Notes: generated by a model not told the origin, from the sequence alone. DNA of 64,000 bases from Bacillota bacterium (GCA_021827745.1 JAKAUI010000045.1:124589-188588), one strand, 5' to 3'; shown: positions 41,448 to 53,958, counted from the first letter of the stretch. Numbers and translations: made by a program.

Positions 41448-42773
41448 TCAGCTGACCTGTTCGACCTTGTCGATCTCCTGATCGAGGTGGGCGCGCAACT
41501 GGTCGCTCAACTCCGCCTTCTCCATCTCCAAAAACGCCTTCGCCACCTTGGGGTCGAACTGGGTGCCGGCGGCCCGGGCGATCTCCTGATGGGCGATGGC
41601 TGGCTCGGCGCCCTTTCGGTAGGGACGGTCAGAGGTCATGGCGTCGTATGTGTCGACCACGCTGATCAGGCGGGCGCCGTAGGGGATCTCCTCGCCACCG
41701 ATCCGGTCCGGGAAGCCCTGTCCGTCCCAGCGCTCGTGGTGGGCGCCGACCCAGCGCACACCGGGCCCGAGGAAGCGGAGGTGGCTCAGGATGCGCTCGC
41801 CGATCGGGGCGTGCTGCTGCATGATCAGATACTCGCGCAGCACGAAGGCGCCGGCCTTGTTCAAGATCTCGTCCGGGATGGCGATCTTGCCCACGTCGTG
41901 CAGGATGGAGCTGAAGTACAGGGTGTCCATGTCCTTGTCGGAGAGCTTCAGGTACTCGCCTAGGGCAATCGTGCCCTCAGCCACCCGCTGCGAGTGGCCG
42001 AAGGTATAGCTGTCCTTGGCGTCGAGGGCGTTGACCAAGGTGGCGACCACGTCCAGATACGCCTCGCGCAGCTGGACGAAGCGCTCCATCGTCCAGCGTG
42101 AGAAGAGCAGCGGGCCGAAGAACAGAACGGGACCGATCACGCCCAGGCCGACGTAGGCGGCGGCGATCAGGAGGCCGAGCAGGATGTCGCCGAGATAGTT
42201 GGCCCAGGCAAAACTGAGGTCGACCCGCCAGATGGTGCGCAGCGACTTGCCAAGCCACCAGGACAGGTACCGGGAGGTGATGCTCAGGTTGAGCAGTGCG
42301 AAAACAACACCGGCCAGCACCAGAGGCGCGATGTCGGAGACGACCGAGAGACCGGTTCTGGCCAGGGTGCCCCCGGTGAGGTGAAAAACCAGGGCGGCAA
42401 CGAACACGCCCAAGAATACCTGCGCCCGGTTGAAGATCAGCGCCCGGGGCGGCGTCTGACCCCTGACGTCTCGCAGGCGAAAACTCCCGACCATCGCCAG
42501 CAGACCGGCAATCACCGGCGGGAAGAGCACAATCTCGGCCAGGTAGCAGGCACTGCTCGCCGAGAGCGTCCCCTTGTCGGCGTTGAACGGCAGGTGCACC
42601 GGGAAGGCCTCAATGGCCAAGTTCAACAGGAGGAAAAATCCAACGACCGGCCAGGAGATGGCGGTCAGGCCGACGTGCCAGCCAAGGGCCGCCCCAATCG
42701 CGGCTACGCCAGCGAGGGTTCCTGTAAACAGCCACAGCCGCCGATTGACAGCTTGCGGCGAGCGCTCCGCCAC
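41448..42773 (-). CDS. 7TM-receptor HD-GYP domain protein (putative c-di-GMP phosphodiesterase; GYP motif reads GFP)
   Basis: ~220-aa N-terminal polytopic membrane domain, then an HD domain (HSQRVAEGT...ILHDVGKIAIPDEIL) and HHERWDGQGFPDRI. GTG start with GGAGG RBS. Confidence 0.8.
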   Translation of the reverse strand: MAERSPQAVNRRLWLFTGTLAGVAAIGAALGWHVGLTAISWPVVGFFLLLNLAIEAFPVHLPFNADKGTLSASSACYLAEIVLFPPVIAGLLAMVGSFRLRDVRGQTPPRALIFNRAQVFLGVFVAALVFHLTGGTLARTGLSVVSDIAPLVLAGVVFALLNLSITSRYLSWWLGKSLRTIWRVDLSFAWANYLGDILLGLLIAAAYVGLGVIGPVLFFGPLLFSRWTMERFVQLREAYLDVVATLVNALDAKDSYTFGHSQRVAEGTIALGEYLKLSDKDMDTLYFSSILHDVGKIAIPDEILNKAGAFVLREYLIMQQHAPIGERILSHLRFLGPGVRWVGAHHERWDGQGFPDRIGGEEIPYGARLISVVDTYDAMTSDRPYRKGAEPAIAHQEIARAAGTQFDPKVAKAFLEMEKAELSDQLRAHLDQEIDKVEQVS

Positions 42774-43078
42774 GTTCCCCTAGCCTCCGCTCTGGTCTCC
42801 CCCGGCCCCCCAGACGCTGGGCCCATCATCAGCCGTTCACCTGGACAACAGCGTTCCCAGTGAAGACACGAACGATCGAAGCCACCAACTTGCGCAAGAA
42901 AGATCCCCCTCAACACTGGATCCCGCCAGACCGCTAGTCTCCGGCTTTGGAATCCCGCTGGGCTCTGAGATGCGCATGGGGGCCGGGAGTGAGACGGCGT
43001 GAACACTTCGCCCCCTGCAGGCGTTTCCCTCTTTGACGTCGCATCCGGAGCGCCTGCGGACCATGTCGCAGTCGGCCT

Positions 43079-44032
43079 TCAGCGCCGACTTCTAGCCGTG
43101 CGGCGATGGTCGGCCAGCACCTCCTTGATCACGTGGCGGGCATTGGCGGCGAGGTCCGGATTGCGCTGCCGATAGTACGGGAGCTGAATCAGGGCCACGG
43201 AAAGCGCCCAGCCCCGGCCGCGGCCCCAGGTCGCCTCGTCGACTCCGAGACCCCTGCGGAAGACACCCCTAGCACTTGAGGGCAGCAGATTCCAGGCCAC
43301 GAGCAGGTCGCAGGCCGGATCGCCCGTGCCCATCATGCCGAAATCGATGACCGCAGCGAGCCGTCCGCCGTCGACCAGCACATTTCCGGGCGAAAGGTCG
43401 GCGTGCAGCCATACCGGCGGCCCCTGCCACTGCGGACAGGAGAGGGCTTCCTCCCAGGCTCGAATGGCGGCGCCTGTATCGATCATTCCGCGGAGCTCGG
43501 CGATCGCCGCTCGGGTCTCCTTGTCGCGCTCGCGCAGCGGCCCGCCGCGGCTTCCGCTCGGTCCACCTGCCGAATCGATCTGGTGCAACGCAGCCACAAA
43601 GCCGGCCAGGTCGCGGGCCAAAAGCCGCGGGTGGGTCAGCTGGCCGATCTGCGGAGTCTCGCCCTGAAGCCACGGACAGATGGACCAGCGCCACGGATAG
43701 CCGCACGCCGGCTCTCCCTTGGCGAGCGGCACCGGGACAGGCACCGGCAGCCGGGGTGCCAGCCTTAGGAGCCAGGTGTGCTCGACATCCTGTGCTCCGA
43801 AGTCGTCTTCGGCAGTGGGACGGATCCGGGGCAGTCGCACCACCATGTCGGCACCGAGCCGCCAGAGCATGTTGTCCGTTCCGCTCGACGGCACAGGCAC
43901 AAGCACTAGGTGCGCCCATGCCGGAAACTGCAGGCGGACGAGCTCTGCGACTAGGGACTGGTCGATCTCCAGTTCGTTGTCGTGCATCTTGCCGTGCGCC
44001 ATCACTTCGCAACCCAGCTGGATGCTCGGCAT
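43079..44032 (-). CDS. Phosphotransferase enzyme family protein (APH/choline-kinase-like small-molecule kinase)
   Basis: Brenner motif HADLSPGNVLVD and DFG-type IDFGMMGTGDP. Start uncertain: ATG candidates at 44032, 44002 and 43987. Confidence 0.65.
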   Translation of the reverse strand: MPSIQLGCEVMAHGKMHDNELEIDQSLVAELVRLQFPAWAHLVLVPVPSSGTDNMLWRLGADMVVRLPRIRPTAEDDFGAQDVEHTWLLRLAPRLPVPVPVPLAKGEPACGYPWRWSICPWLQGETPQIGQLTHPRLLARDLAGFVAALHQIDSAGGPSGSRGGPLRERDKETRAAIAELRGMIDTGAAIRAWEEALSCPQWQGPPVWLHADLSPGNVLVDGGRLAAVIDFGMMGTGDPACDLLVAWNLLPSSARGVFRRGLGVDEATWGRGRGWALSVALIQLPYYRQRNPDLAANARHVIKEVLADHRRTARSRR

Positions 44033-44069
44033 GATGGACCAAGGCGGGCCGGCGGCCAGGCCGACAGCG

Positions 44070-45104
44070 TCAGACGGCTGGTCCTTTTCTCGCTGCCGTC
44101 TCGGCCCGAGCCAAGACATCGTGGGCGCTGCCCTCGTCCCAGCGCGAGGCCGAGCCAATCGACACCCGAATGGCCGACATCGGATCATTCTTCAGCGACT
44201 CGTTTAGTCCGGCGGCGGTCAGGGCAGGAACCCGCTCGCTGTCGTTCCAGCGGCTCAGCTCGCGGACCAGATGCTGACGGATGTATTCGGTGCGGGCTGG
44301 CTCCGGGTCGTCGACCACCACCACAAACTCATCGCCGTGGAGCCTGGCGCACCAGGCCTCTCTTGGTACCGCCTGGCGCAGGATGCGGCCCATGCTCTTC
44401 ACCACCTGGTCGCGAAAGCGTCGGCCCAGCCGCTGATGCACATTGTCCAAGTCCTTGATCAGCAGGTAGACCAAGGAGAAGGGGGCCTGACTGCTGTCCA
44501 GTCGGGCGAAGGCCTCGTCGACCCAGATGTCGTTGCCGAGCCCGGTCAGGCTGTCGGTGCGGCGCAAGAGCTCGACTTCGAGCAGGCTCGTGACCTCGGC
44601 GGCGAACAGCCGGATCACCTCGGCCTCGGCTGCCACCGGCACGCTGCCGCTGTTCGGATCGTCACAGGTCAGATTGCCGACCGGACCGGTGGTCCGGCTG
44701 TCCAGCAGCACCAAGAACATGTCGTCTGGGTGCCACTGCTCGAAGTCGCTGACTTCGTGGTGCGAGGCCAGCATATTGGCCATTTCTTCTTTGGACACGG
44801 CCGTGTGCGGGATGAAGAAGGCACCGGGGCTCAGCTCCTGACCTCGTGCCGTCAGGTCGCGATAGTACTTGGCGCCGTGCCCGTGGGTGGCAACCCATTG
44901 GATCTCGGCTGCGGTCACTCCGGCGGCGCCGATCAGATGGCCCAAGGGCGCGGTGCCGTACACCTGGATCAAGGCCCGCCGAAAGATGCCGGTGGCAACC
45001 ACGCCATCGGCGATCGCATTCAGCTTCTCGGTGAGGTCGGTGGCGGCGGTGATCCGGTTTTGGGCCTGGAGCAACGCGCGCAGGGCCTGGGCGTCAAGAT
45101 CCAT
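44070..45104 (-). CDS. GAF-GGDEF domain protein with variant signature HGDEF (likely degenerate diguanylate cyclase / c-di-GMP receptor)
   Basis: N-terminal GAF-like ~170 aa, then a GGDEF domain (RTDSLTGLGN...). The signature reads RLHGDEFVVVV, so the first G of GG(D/E)EF is replaced by H. Confidence 0.75.
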   Translation of the reverse strand: MDLDAQALRALLQAQNRITAATDLTEKLNAIADGVVATGIFRRALIQVYGTAPLGHLIGAAGVTAAEIQWVATHGHGAKYYRDLTARGQELSPGAFFIPHTAVSKEEMANMLASHHEVSDFEQWHPDDMFLVLLDSRTTGPVGNLTCDDPNSGSVPVAAEAEVIRLFAAEVTSLLEVELLRRTDSLTGLGNDIWVDEAFARLDSSQAPFSLVYLLIKDLDNVHQRLGRRFRDQVVKSMGRILRQAVPREAWCARLHGDEFVVVVDDPEPARTEYIRQHLVRELSRWNDSERVPALTAAGLNESLKNDPMSAIRVSIGSASRWDEGSAHDVLARAETAARKGPAV

Positions 45105-45141
45105 GTCGTGTCCACCTTGTTCGTGACATCAGATGCATCCC

Positions 45142-45648
45142 CTAGCCTTCTGGGCCGAGCAGCCCGTAGCGTCCGTCGTGCCGCCGGTAGACGACATTGA
45201 CGTAGCCGACCTCGGAGTTCATGAACGCGAAGAAGTCATGGCCCAGAAGATTCATCTGCATGACAGCTTCCTGGGGATCCATCGGCTTCAGAGAGAATCG
45301 CTTCTGACGAACGATCTCGTCTCCCTCCAGAGCGTTCGTCTCCGGACGGGCCGGTGTGGCGGTCTGGCGCTCAAAACGGGCCCGATAGCGCTGGATCTGG
45401 CGCTCCAGCTTGGCGACCGCCTCGTCGATCGCTCCGTACATGTCCTTGGTCCGGGCCTCGCCGCGCAGCACGGCGCCACGCAGCGGCACCGTCGCCTCGC
45501 AGATGTGCTGACCCCGCTCGATTTCGAGCAGCACCTGAGCCGCCTGCACGCCGCCCCAAAATCGGGCGAGGTGGGCAAGCTTCTTTCGGGCATATGACTC
45601 GAGCGCCTCGGTGACGACCACGTTGTGCCCGTGCACAACCAGTTCCAT
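45142..45648 (-). CDS. hpf: Ribosome hibernation promoting factor, long form
   Basis: N-terminal S30Ae domain (MELVVHGHNVVVTEAL...) plus the C-terminal dimerisation domain typical of long HPF. Start at ATG 45648 with GGTGAG RBS. Confidence 0.85.
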   Translation of the reverse strand: MELVVHGHNVVVTEALESYARKKLAHLARFWGGVQAAQVLLEIERGQHICEATVPLRGAVLRGEARTKDMYGAIDEAVAKLERQIQRYRARFERQTATPARPETNALEGDEIVRQKRFSLKPMDPQEAVMQMNLLGHDFFAFMNSEVGYVNVVYRRHDGRYGLLGPEG

Positions 45649-45734
45649 GTGTCTCACCTGCCTAGATGAGGTCTTCTGGACCCGGACGCGGTCCCCTGCA
45701 CCAGCCTCTGGCGACCGCTGGATCGAAGACTGGA

Positions 45735-46913
45735 TCAGCGATAGACGGCCGCCGCCTTTTGCATCTCGGTCAGGCGATCGAGCCTCTCCCACGGAAAGTC
45801 GGCGTCCGATCGGCCGAAGTGGCCGTAGCTGGCCGTCTTCCGGTAGAGCGGTCGGCGCAGGTCAAGGGCCTCGATGATGGCTTCTGGCCGAAAGTCGAAC
45901 ACCTCCGTGACCGCCTGGGCCAGTTGGGCATCTGGCAAGACGCCGGTGCCGAAGGTGTCTAGGTTCACGGCTAAGGGGTGGGCCACGCCGATGGCGTAGG
46001 CGATCTGAATCTCGCAGCGACGTGCCAGCCCAGAGCTGACCACGTGCTTTGCCGCCCACCTGGCGGCGTAGGCACCCGAGCGGTCGACCTTGGTCGGATC
46101 CTTTCCGGAGAAGGCGCCGCCGCCGTGATGGGCGACCCCGCCGTAGCTGTCGACGATGATCTTGCGCCCGGTGAGGCCGGTGTCGGCGTGCGGCCCGCCC
46201 AGGACGAAGCGGCCCGACGGATTGACCAAGACCCGGGTGTGGTCTGAGACCAGATCGGGCGGGAGCACAGGATTGATCACGTGCTGGATGACCTGCTCTT
46301 TGATGTCTTCATTCGACACGCCGGACTTGTGCTGGGTGGAGACCACCACCGTCTCCACACCCTGGGCGACGCCGTCTTGGTAGGAGATGGTGACCTGCGT
46401 CTTTCCGTCCGGCAGGATGAACGGCAGAAGTTCGCTCTTTCGGACCTCGGTCAGCCGTTCGGCCAGGCGATGGGCCAGAAAGATGGACAGCGGCATGAGT
46501 TCGGCCGTCTCATCGCAGGCAAACCCGACCACCAGGCCCTGGTCGCCCGCCCCGAGTTCCTGTGCGCCGCCGCTGCGGGTCTCGACCGAGCGGGCGACGC
46601 CGCCGGCGATGTCCTGAGACTGGTCGTGGATCGAGGTCAGCACGGCGCAGGTGTCGGCGTCGAATCCGTACTTGGCCCGCGTGTATCCGATGTCGCGGAT
46701 GATCTCCCGACAGAGGCGGGGCACGTCCACATAGGCCTCGGTCGTGATCTCGCCCGAGACGAGCACCAGCCCGGTGGTGACGAGCGTCTCGCAGGCGACG
46801 CGCGAGTCCGGGTCCTGGGCCAACAGTGCGTCCAGAAGCCCGTCTGAGATCTGATCGGCGATCTTGTCCGGGTGACCCTCAGTGACCGACTCCGAGGTGA
46901 TCAGCGCTGACAT
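45735..46913 (-). CDS. metK: S-adenosylmethionine synthase
   Basis: [18 protein letters not shown]-terminus and [16 protein letters not shown] loop. Start at ATG 46913. Confidence 0.95.
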   Translation of the reverse strand: MSALITSESVTEGHPDKIADQISDGLLDALLAQDPDSRVACETLVTTGLVLVSGEITTEAYVDVPRLCREIIRDIGYTRAKYGFDADTCAVLTSIHDQSQDIAGGVARSVETRSGGAQELGAGDQGLVVGFACDETAELMPLSIFLAHRLAERLTEVRKSELLPFILPDGKTQVTISYQDGVAQGVETVVVSTQHKSGVSNEDIKEQVIQHVINPVLPPDLVSDHTRVLVNPSGRFVLGGPHADTGLTGRKIIVDSYGGVAHHGGGAFSGKDPTKVDRSGAYAARWAAKHVVSSGLARRCEIQIAYAIGVAHPLAVNLDTFGTGVLPDAQLAQAVTEVFDFRPEAIIEALDLRRPLYRKTASYGHFGRSDADFPWERLDRLTEMQKAAAVYR

Positions 46914-46935
46914 GTCCCATCCCTTCCCTTTTGAC

Positions 46936-46962
46936 AAAAAACACGCCCCAAAAGAGGGCGTG
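46936..46962 (-). terminator. Intrinsic terminator of the S-box expression platform (CACGCCC-UCUUUU-GGGGCGUG followed by UUUUUU)
   Basis: GC stem plus a U6 run located between the SAM aptamer and the metK RBS. Confidence 0.65.
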
Positions 46963-46972
46963 ACTGGTCCCT

Positions 46973-47069
46973 CTCTCATCCTGCGGTTACCCGCCGGGAT
47001 TGGCACCGCACCCTTCGGGCCGGTTGCCGGGCTTCATCGGGCCGTTCCCTCAGCCGCTCTCGATAAGAG
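46973..47069 (-). ncRNA. SAM-I (S-box) riboswitch aptamer upstream of metK
   Basis: The leader reads CUCUUAUCGAGAGCGGCUGAGGGAACGGCCCGAUGAAGCCCGGCAACCGGCCCGAAGGGUGCGGUGCCAAUCCCGGCGGGUAACCGCAGGAUGAGAG. It matches the S-box consensus, including P1 CUCUUAUC/GAUGAGAG, the kink-turn region, and GGUGCCAAU. Confidence 0.8.
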
Positions 47070-47118
47070 CAAAACACGATTCAGTTTAGGTCGAATCAAC
47101 CACACTGACCGCGCGCTG

Positions 47119-47544
47119 TCAACTCAGGTCGGATGCGGGCCGGATGACGAACAAGACGGTGGCCTCGGCCACCACCTCTCCGTCCACCCGGGCGGATCCC
47201 CGCGCCTTGCCGATGTTGTGGCGCAAGGACAAGATCTCGGCATCCAGCCTCACGACGTCTCCGGGCCGCACCGGGCGCCGAAAGCGGGCGTCGTCGATCC
47301 CGGCCAGAAGTCCGATCGTCCCCTTCTCGGTCGCCACGGCGATGGCCGCCGTCTGGGCGATCGCCTCGACCAGCAGCACGCCAGGCATCACCGGCAGGCC
47401 GGGGAAGTGGCCGGCGAAGAAGGGCTCGTTCTCGGTCACGCACTTTTGGGCGCTGGCCCGCTTGCCCTCTTCCACCTCCAGCACCCGGTCGACCAGCAAA
47501 AACGGCGGGCGGTGGGGCAGGCGGTCTCTAATGTTGATCGGCAC
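47119..47544 (-). CDS. fabZ: 3-hydroxyacyl-[ACP] dehydratase FabZ
   Basis: Hot-dog fold with [19 protein letters not shown] active-site region, 141 aa. Confidence 0.9.
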   Translation of the reverse strand: MPINIRDRLPHRPPFLLVDRVLEVEEGKRASAQKCVTENEPFFAGHFPGLPVMPGVLLVEAIAQTAAIAVATEKGTIGLLAGIDDARFRRPVRPGDVVRLDAEILSLRHNIGKARGSARVDGEVVAEATVLFVIRPASDLS

Positions 47545-47547
47545 GGT

Positions 47548-48552
47548 CTAGCTCACCGGCTTGAACAGCACCAGATGGCCGTTTTCCATGTCGGACTCGA
47601 GCGCCTTGGCCGTGCCGATCGCCACCGTGGACAGAGGGTCGTCGGCCAGATGGGTGGCGACACCTGTGTCTTCGGCCACCAGTTCGATCAGCCCGTGCAG
47701 CAACGATCCGCCGCCGGTGAACCAGATGCCGTTTTTCGCCACGTCGGAGACGAGTTCCGGCGGGGCGTCCTCGAAGGCCTTGTGAATGGCGTCCAAGATC
47801 ATGCCGACCGGCTCCATCAGAGCGCCCTTCAGCTCGTGCGGATGGATGGTGTAGTTCCGGGGCAGCCCGTTCACCAGGTCGCGCCCGCGCAGGGCGTACT
47901 CCCCGTCCCGTCCCTGTGGATGGACGGAGCCGATCGTCATCTTGATCTCTTCGGCCGTCCGCTCTCCGATCGCCACGCCGAACAGCCGGCGCACCTCATT
48001 CTGAACGGCAAGGTCCATGCGGTCTCCGCCAGAGCGAACCGATGTGGCGGCTGCGATGCCGCCCAGGCTCAGCACCGCAATGTCGGCGGTGCCGCCGCCG
48101 ATGTCCACGACCATCTGCCCCTCCGGGCGCTGGATCTCAAGCCCGATGCCGAGCGCCGCCGCCATCGCCTCGTCGATCAGCTCGACCCGTCCGGCTCCGG
48201 CCTCCTTGGCCGCCTCCAGCACCGCCCGCTTCTCGGCGCCGGTGGCGCCGGTCGGGATGCACACCATCACCCGCGGCCGGGTCAGGCGCACATTGCCGGA
48301 GACCTTCTCGATGAAATAGCGCAGCATCGCCTCGGTGACCTCATAGTCGGCGATCACGCCGTCCTTCATCGGCCGGGTGGCGATGATCGAGTCTGGCGTC
48401 TTGCCGATCATCCGCCGGGCCTCTTCGCCCAGGGCCATGATCTCGTTGGTCTCGGTGCGACGGGCCACCACGGACGGCTCGCGCAGCACGATGCCCTTGT
48501 TGCGCACGCAGACGATCGAGTTGGCGGTTCCGAGGTCAATGGCGATTTCCAT
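47548..48552 (-). CDS. mreB: Rod shape-determining protein MreB/Mbl (actin homolog)
   Basis: [13 protein letters not shown]-terminus and an actin-fold ATPase. The fabZ-mbl-atp context suggests it is the Mbl paralog. Confidence 0.9.
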   Translation of the reverse strand: MEIAIDLGTANSIVCVRNKGIVLREPSVVARRTETNEIMALGEEARRMIGKTPDSIIATRPMKDGVIADYEVTEAMLRYFIEKVSGNVRLTRPRVMVCIPTGATGAEKRAVLEAAKEAGAGRVELIDEAMAAALGIGLEIQRPEGQMVVDIGGGTADIAVLSLGGIAAATSVRSGGDRMDLAVQNEVRRLFGVAIGERTAEEIKMTIGSVHPQGRDGEYALRGRDLVNGLPRNYTIHPHELKGALMEPVGMILDAIHKAFEDAPPELVSDVAKNGIWFTGGGSLLHGLIELVAEDTGVATHLADDPLSTVAIGTAKALESDMENGHLVLFKPVS

Positions 48553-48610
48553 CAGATGCCCGCCTCCTTCACGCTGCGCTCCAGGATACGCCTTTTACCC
48601 GTCGGGTGGT

Positions 48611-50511
<1,901 letters not shown>

Positions 50512-51363
50512 TCAGACCAGAGCGGCTGCGCCGCCGACGATCTCGGCGATCTCGCCGGTGATCGCCGCCTGTCTGGCCCGGTTTCTGACCAGGACCAGCG
50601 ACCGGATCAGGTCGCCGGCGTTTCTCGTTGCGTTGTCCATCGCCACCATGCGCGCTGCGTGCTCCGCCGCCTTGGCGTCGACCAGGGCCGAGTAGATCAC
50701 GCCGTTCACATAGGCGGGCAAGAGTCCGGCCAGCACCCGCTCCTCGCTCGGCTCAAACAGGGGAGCGACATGGCTGAGTGCCGTCTCGGCTGCTGGCGGC
50801 ACCACCGGCAGGAGCCGCTCTGTCTTCGGCCGGGACAGCACCGAGGACACAGAGGCAGACCAGACGAGGTCCACCTGGTCGACGGCCCCGCTCAAAAAGG
50901 CAGTGCTGGCTGCCTGCCCGATCGCCTCGGCCAACAGATAGTCCGGGTTGTCGCCAATCGGCGCAAACTCGGCCAAGATCTCATCCTGGCGGCGGCGGAA
51001 GATGTCTCTTCCCTTCTTGCCGACGGCCACCATGACCACCGCACCGGCCTGGCGCTGGCCCTCGACCAGGCGCAGCACACCGGAGTTGTACGGTCCGCAC
51101 AGCCCGCGGTCGGACGTCAGCACAATATAGCCCCGGCGCTTGACCGGACGCTCGGTGAGCAGCGGGTGGCCAAGGCCGGAAGCGCCCTTGGCCAGCTCCT
51201 CGAGCACGTCTTTGAGCGCCTCGGCGTAGGGCCGGGCCAGACTGGCCCGCTCCTGAGCCCGCCGCAACTTGGCGGCAGACACGAGCTTCATGGCCTGGGT
51301 CATCTTCCGTGTGCTCTCCACACTCTTGATCCGACGGCGGATCGCCTTCAGGTTTTCTGCCAC
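50512..51363 (-). CDS. atpG: F0F1 ATP synthase subunit gamma
   Basis: Typical 283 aa with conserved N- and C-terminal helices. Confidence 0.9.
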   Translation of the reverse strand: MAENLKAIRRRIKSVESTRKMTQAMKLVSAAKLRRAQERASLARPYAEALKDVLEELAKGASGLGHPLLTERPVKRRGYIVLTSDRGLCGPYNSGVLRLVEGQRQAGAVVMVAVGKKGRDIFRRRQDEILAEFAPIGDNPDYLLAEAIGQAASTAFLSGAVDQVDLVWSASVSSVLSRPKTERLLPVVPPAAETALSHVAPLFEPSEERVLAGLLPAYVNGVIYSALVDAKAAEHAARMVAMDNATRNAGDLIRSLVLVRNRARQAAITGEIAEIVGGAAALV

Positions 51364-51364
51364 C

Positions 51365-52873
51365 TCAGCCTCCGAACAGCTTCTTGAACTCGCCGATGGC
51401 GGCGGTCAAGGCCTCGTCCGTCTCCTTGGAGATCTGCCGCTCACGTTGGATCGATGAGAGGATCTCTGGCGCAGACGACTTCAGGTGGGAGAGCAGTCCC
51501 TCCTCGAAGGGGCCGACCTGGTCGATGGCCATGTCGTCGATCAGGCCGCGCGTCCCGGCAAAGATGATGACGACCTGCTCTTCGACCGGCCGTGGCCGGT
51601 ACTGGGGCTGCTTCAAGAGCTCCACCATGCGCTGGCCCCGGTTCAGAAGCCGCTGGGTGGCCCGATCCAGGTCCGAGCCGAACTGGGAGAAGGCCTGCAG
51701 TTCCCGGTACTGGGCGAGGTCGAGGCGCAGCGATCCCGCCACCTGGCGCATGGCCCGGATCTGGGCGTTGCCGCCGACTCGGGACACGGACACGCCGACG
51801 TTGACCGCCGGCCGCACGCCGGCGAAGAAGAGGTCTGTCTCCAAAAAGATCTGGCCGTCCGTGATCGAGATCACGTTGGTCGGGATGTAGGCGGCGATGT
51901 CGCCAGCCTGGGTCTCGATGATCGGCAGGGCAGTCAGAGAGCCGCCTCCCTGCTCGTCGCTCAGCTTGGCCGCCCGCTCCAAGAGGCGGGAGTGCAGGTA
52001 GAAGACGTCTCCCGGAAAGGCCTCGCGGCCAGGCGGTCGGCGCAGGAGGAGGCTCATCGCCCGGTAGGCCACGGCGTGCTTCGAAAGGTCGTCGTAGATG
52101 ACGAGTGCGTGCTTGCCCTGGCGCATGAAGTACTCGCCGATGGCGCACCCGGCATAGGGCGCCAGATACTGCAAGGAGGCCGGCTCGGCAGCGGTGGCCG
52201 CCACCACGATCGTGTAGTCGAGCGCTCCGTTCTCCTCCAGCGTGCGCACCACGCTGGCCACGCTGGACGCCTTCTGGCCGATGGCGACGTAGATGCAGAT
52301 CATGTCCTGGCCCTTTTGATTGATGATCGTATCGAGCACGATCGCCGTCTTGCCGGTCGAGCGGTCGCCGATGATCAACTCGCGCTGGCCGCGGCCGATC
52401 GGAATCATGGAGTCGATCGCCTTGATGCCGGTCTGCAGCGGCTCGAACACGCTCTTTCTGTCGATCACGCCGGGGGCCGGAGACTCCAGCGCCCGGCTGG
52501 TGGTGGTGGCGATCTCGCCCTTCTGGTCGAGCGGCTCGCCCAGGGCGTTCACCACGCGGCCGATCATGGCGTCTCCAACCGGGATCTCGGCGATGCGGCC
52601 GGTGCGGCGCACCACCTGGCCCTCTTGGATCTCCTGATCGGCGCCGAGCAGGACGACGCCGACGCTCGCCTCGTCCAGGTTGAGGATCATGCCGACGACG
52701 CCGCTCTCAAAGGTGACGAGCTCCCCGGCCATGGCCCGGGTCAATCCGAACACCTGAGCGATGCCGTCGCCGACGCTGAGCACCGTGCCGATCTCCTCCA
52801 CCTGTGAGGTCAGCTGGTAGTCTTCGATCTCCCGCTTCAAGATGGCGGTGATCTCTTCTGGGTTTACCTTCAT
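51365..52873 (-). CDS. atpA: F0F1 ATP synthase subunit alpha
   Basis: P-loop GDRSTGKT, 502 aa. Confidence 0.95.
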   Translation of the reverse strand: MKVNPEEITAILKREIEDYQLTSQVEEIGTVLSVGDGIAQVFGLTRAMAGELVTFESGVVGMILNLDEASVGVVLLGADQEIQEGQVVRRTGRIAEIPVGDAMIGRVVNALGEPLDQKGEIATTTSRALESPAPGVIDRKSVFEPLQTGIKAIDSMIPIGRGQRELIIGDRSTGKTAIVLDTIINQKGQDMICIYVAIGQKASSVASVVRTLEENGALDYTIVVAATAAEPASLQYLAPYAGCAIGEYFMRQGKHALVIYDDLSKHAVAYRAMSLLLRRPPGREAFPGDVFYLHSRLLERAAKLSDEQGGGSLTALPIIETQAGDIAAYIPTNVISITDGQIFLETDLFFAGVRPAVNVGVSVSRVGGNAQIRAMRQVAGSLRLDLAQYRELQAFSQFGSDLDRATQRLLNRGQRMVELLKQPQYRPRPVEEQVVIIFAGTRGLIDDMAIDQVGPFEEGLLSHLKSSAPEILSSIQRERQISKETDEALTAAIGEFKKLFGG

Positions 52874-52888
52874 GCTCTCTCCCTCACT

Positions 52889-53431
52889 TCAGGCCGGTGT
52901 CTTTTCTTCGAGGCGCTGTCTGAGCTGGGTCAGCTGCCAGGTCAGGGACTGGTCCCACACCCGGTCTGCGAACACGGCCCGAAATCCACCCACCACCGCG
53001 GGGTTGATGTGCACTTCGAGCTCCACCGTGAGACCGCTTTCCGCCCCGATCCGCTGCCGGATGGCCTGAAGCTGGGCGTCTTTTAGCTCAACCGCCGACT
53101 CCACCCGGGCCCTCAGCACCCCGGCCTCTTGGTCGGCGAGCCGGCAGAAGGCCTCTGCAACCGCTCCCACCTGGTCGGCCCGCCCCTTTTCCAACAGCAG
53201 CTGGAACGTCCGCTCCAGCTTGGGCAGTTCTTCTCCACAGGTGGCGCTGATCACCCTAAGCTTGGCGTCTTTCGCGACCTGCGGGTTGAGCAGGGCCCGG
53301 CTCATGGCTCCGTCTGTGCGCAGGGCCACGACAAGCCGCGCCATGGCCGCCCTGTGCCGCTCTGTCTCGTCGTGCGACACGACCTCTAAGAGCGCTCTTG
53401 CGTAGCGGTCTGCCGCCGCAGTGGCGCTCAC
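52889..53431 (-). CDS. atpH: F0F1 ATP synthase subunit delta
   Basis: OSCP/delta family, 180 aa. Confidence 0.85.
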   Translation of the reverse strand: MSATAAADRYARALLEVVSHDETERHRAAMARLVVALRTDGAMSRALLNPQVAKDAKLRVISATCGEELPKLERTFQLLLEKGRADQVGAVAEAFCRLADQEAGVLRARVESAVELKDAQLQAIRQRIGAESGLTVELEVHINPAVVGGFRAVFADRVWDQSLTWQLTQLRQRLEEKTPA

Positions 53432-53919
53432 TGGTCTTTCCCGCCGTCAAGCAGCTGGTCCACCAACCGGTGCTGTTCGGCCTGATCGAGCTTGTGGCGC
53501 AAAAGCTTTTCAGTGGCAGCGAGTGCCAATTCAGCCACCTGAGAGCTGATGTCGCGCAGGGCGCTGTCCTTTTCGGTCTGGATCTCCTGGCGGGCGGACT
53601 GGATCAGACTCTCCGACTGCTGGCGGGCCTGGGCCAAAAGCTCCTGACTCTGGCTCAAGGCTGCCTTCCTGGCGTCTTCGAGCAGCCGCTGCCCCTCTTC
53701 CCGACTCGCCTTCAGCTCGGCCTCCAGCTCCACCCGAAGCGCCTCTGCCTGCTGGCGGTCCTTGGCCGCCGCCTCGATCGCCTCGCCGATCCGCCGCTGC
53801 CGATCGGCCAGGGTGCGCCGGATCAGGGGCAGGGCAAACGGCAGGCGCGACAGCAGAAACAAAAAGACCAGGAATGAGGCAATCTCGGCGATCAGCGTGG
53901 GGAGACCGATACCCAGCAT
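53428..53919 (-). CDS. atpF: F0F1 ATP synthase subunit B
   Basis: Single N-terminal TM then a long charged helix. Confidence 0.85.
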   Translation of the reverse strand: MLGIGLPTLIAEIASFLVFLFLLSRLPFALPLIRRTLADRQRRIGEAIEAAAKDRQQAEALRVELEAELKASREEGQRLLEDARKAALSQSQELLAQARQQSESLIQSARQEIQTEKDSALRDISSQVAELALAATEKLLRHKLDQAEQHRLVDQLLDGGKDQ

Positions 53920-53958
53920 CCGGGACCACCTTTCCTCATCGCGGCGTCAAAGAGGCTG

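Noticed and set aside
42837-43064. 75-aa and 100-aa ORFs inside the 305-bp gap
   Set aside because: They are Arg/Ser/Gly-rich, have no RBS, and their composition is not protein-like.
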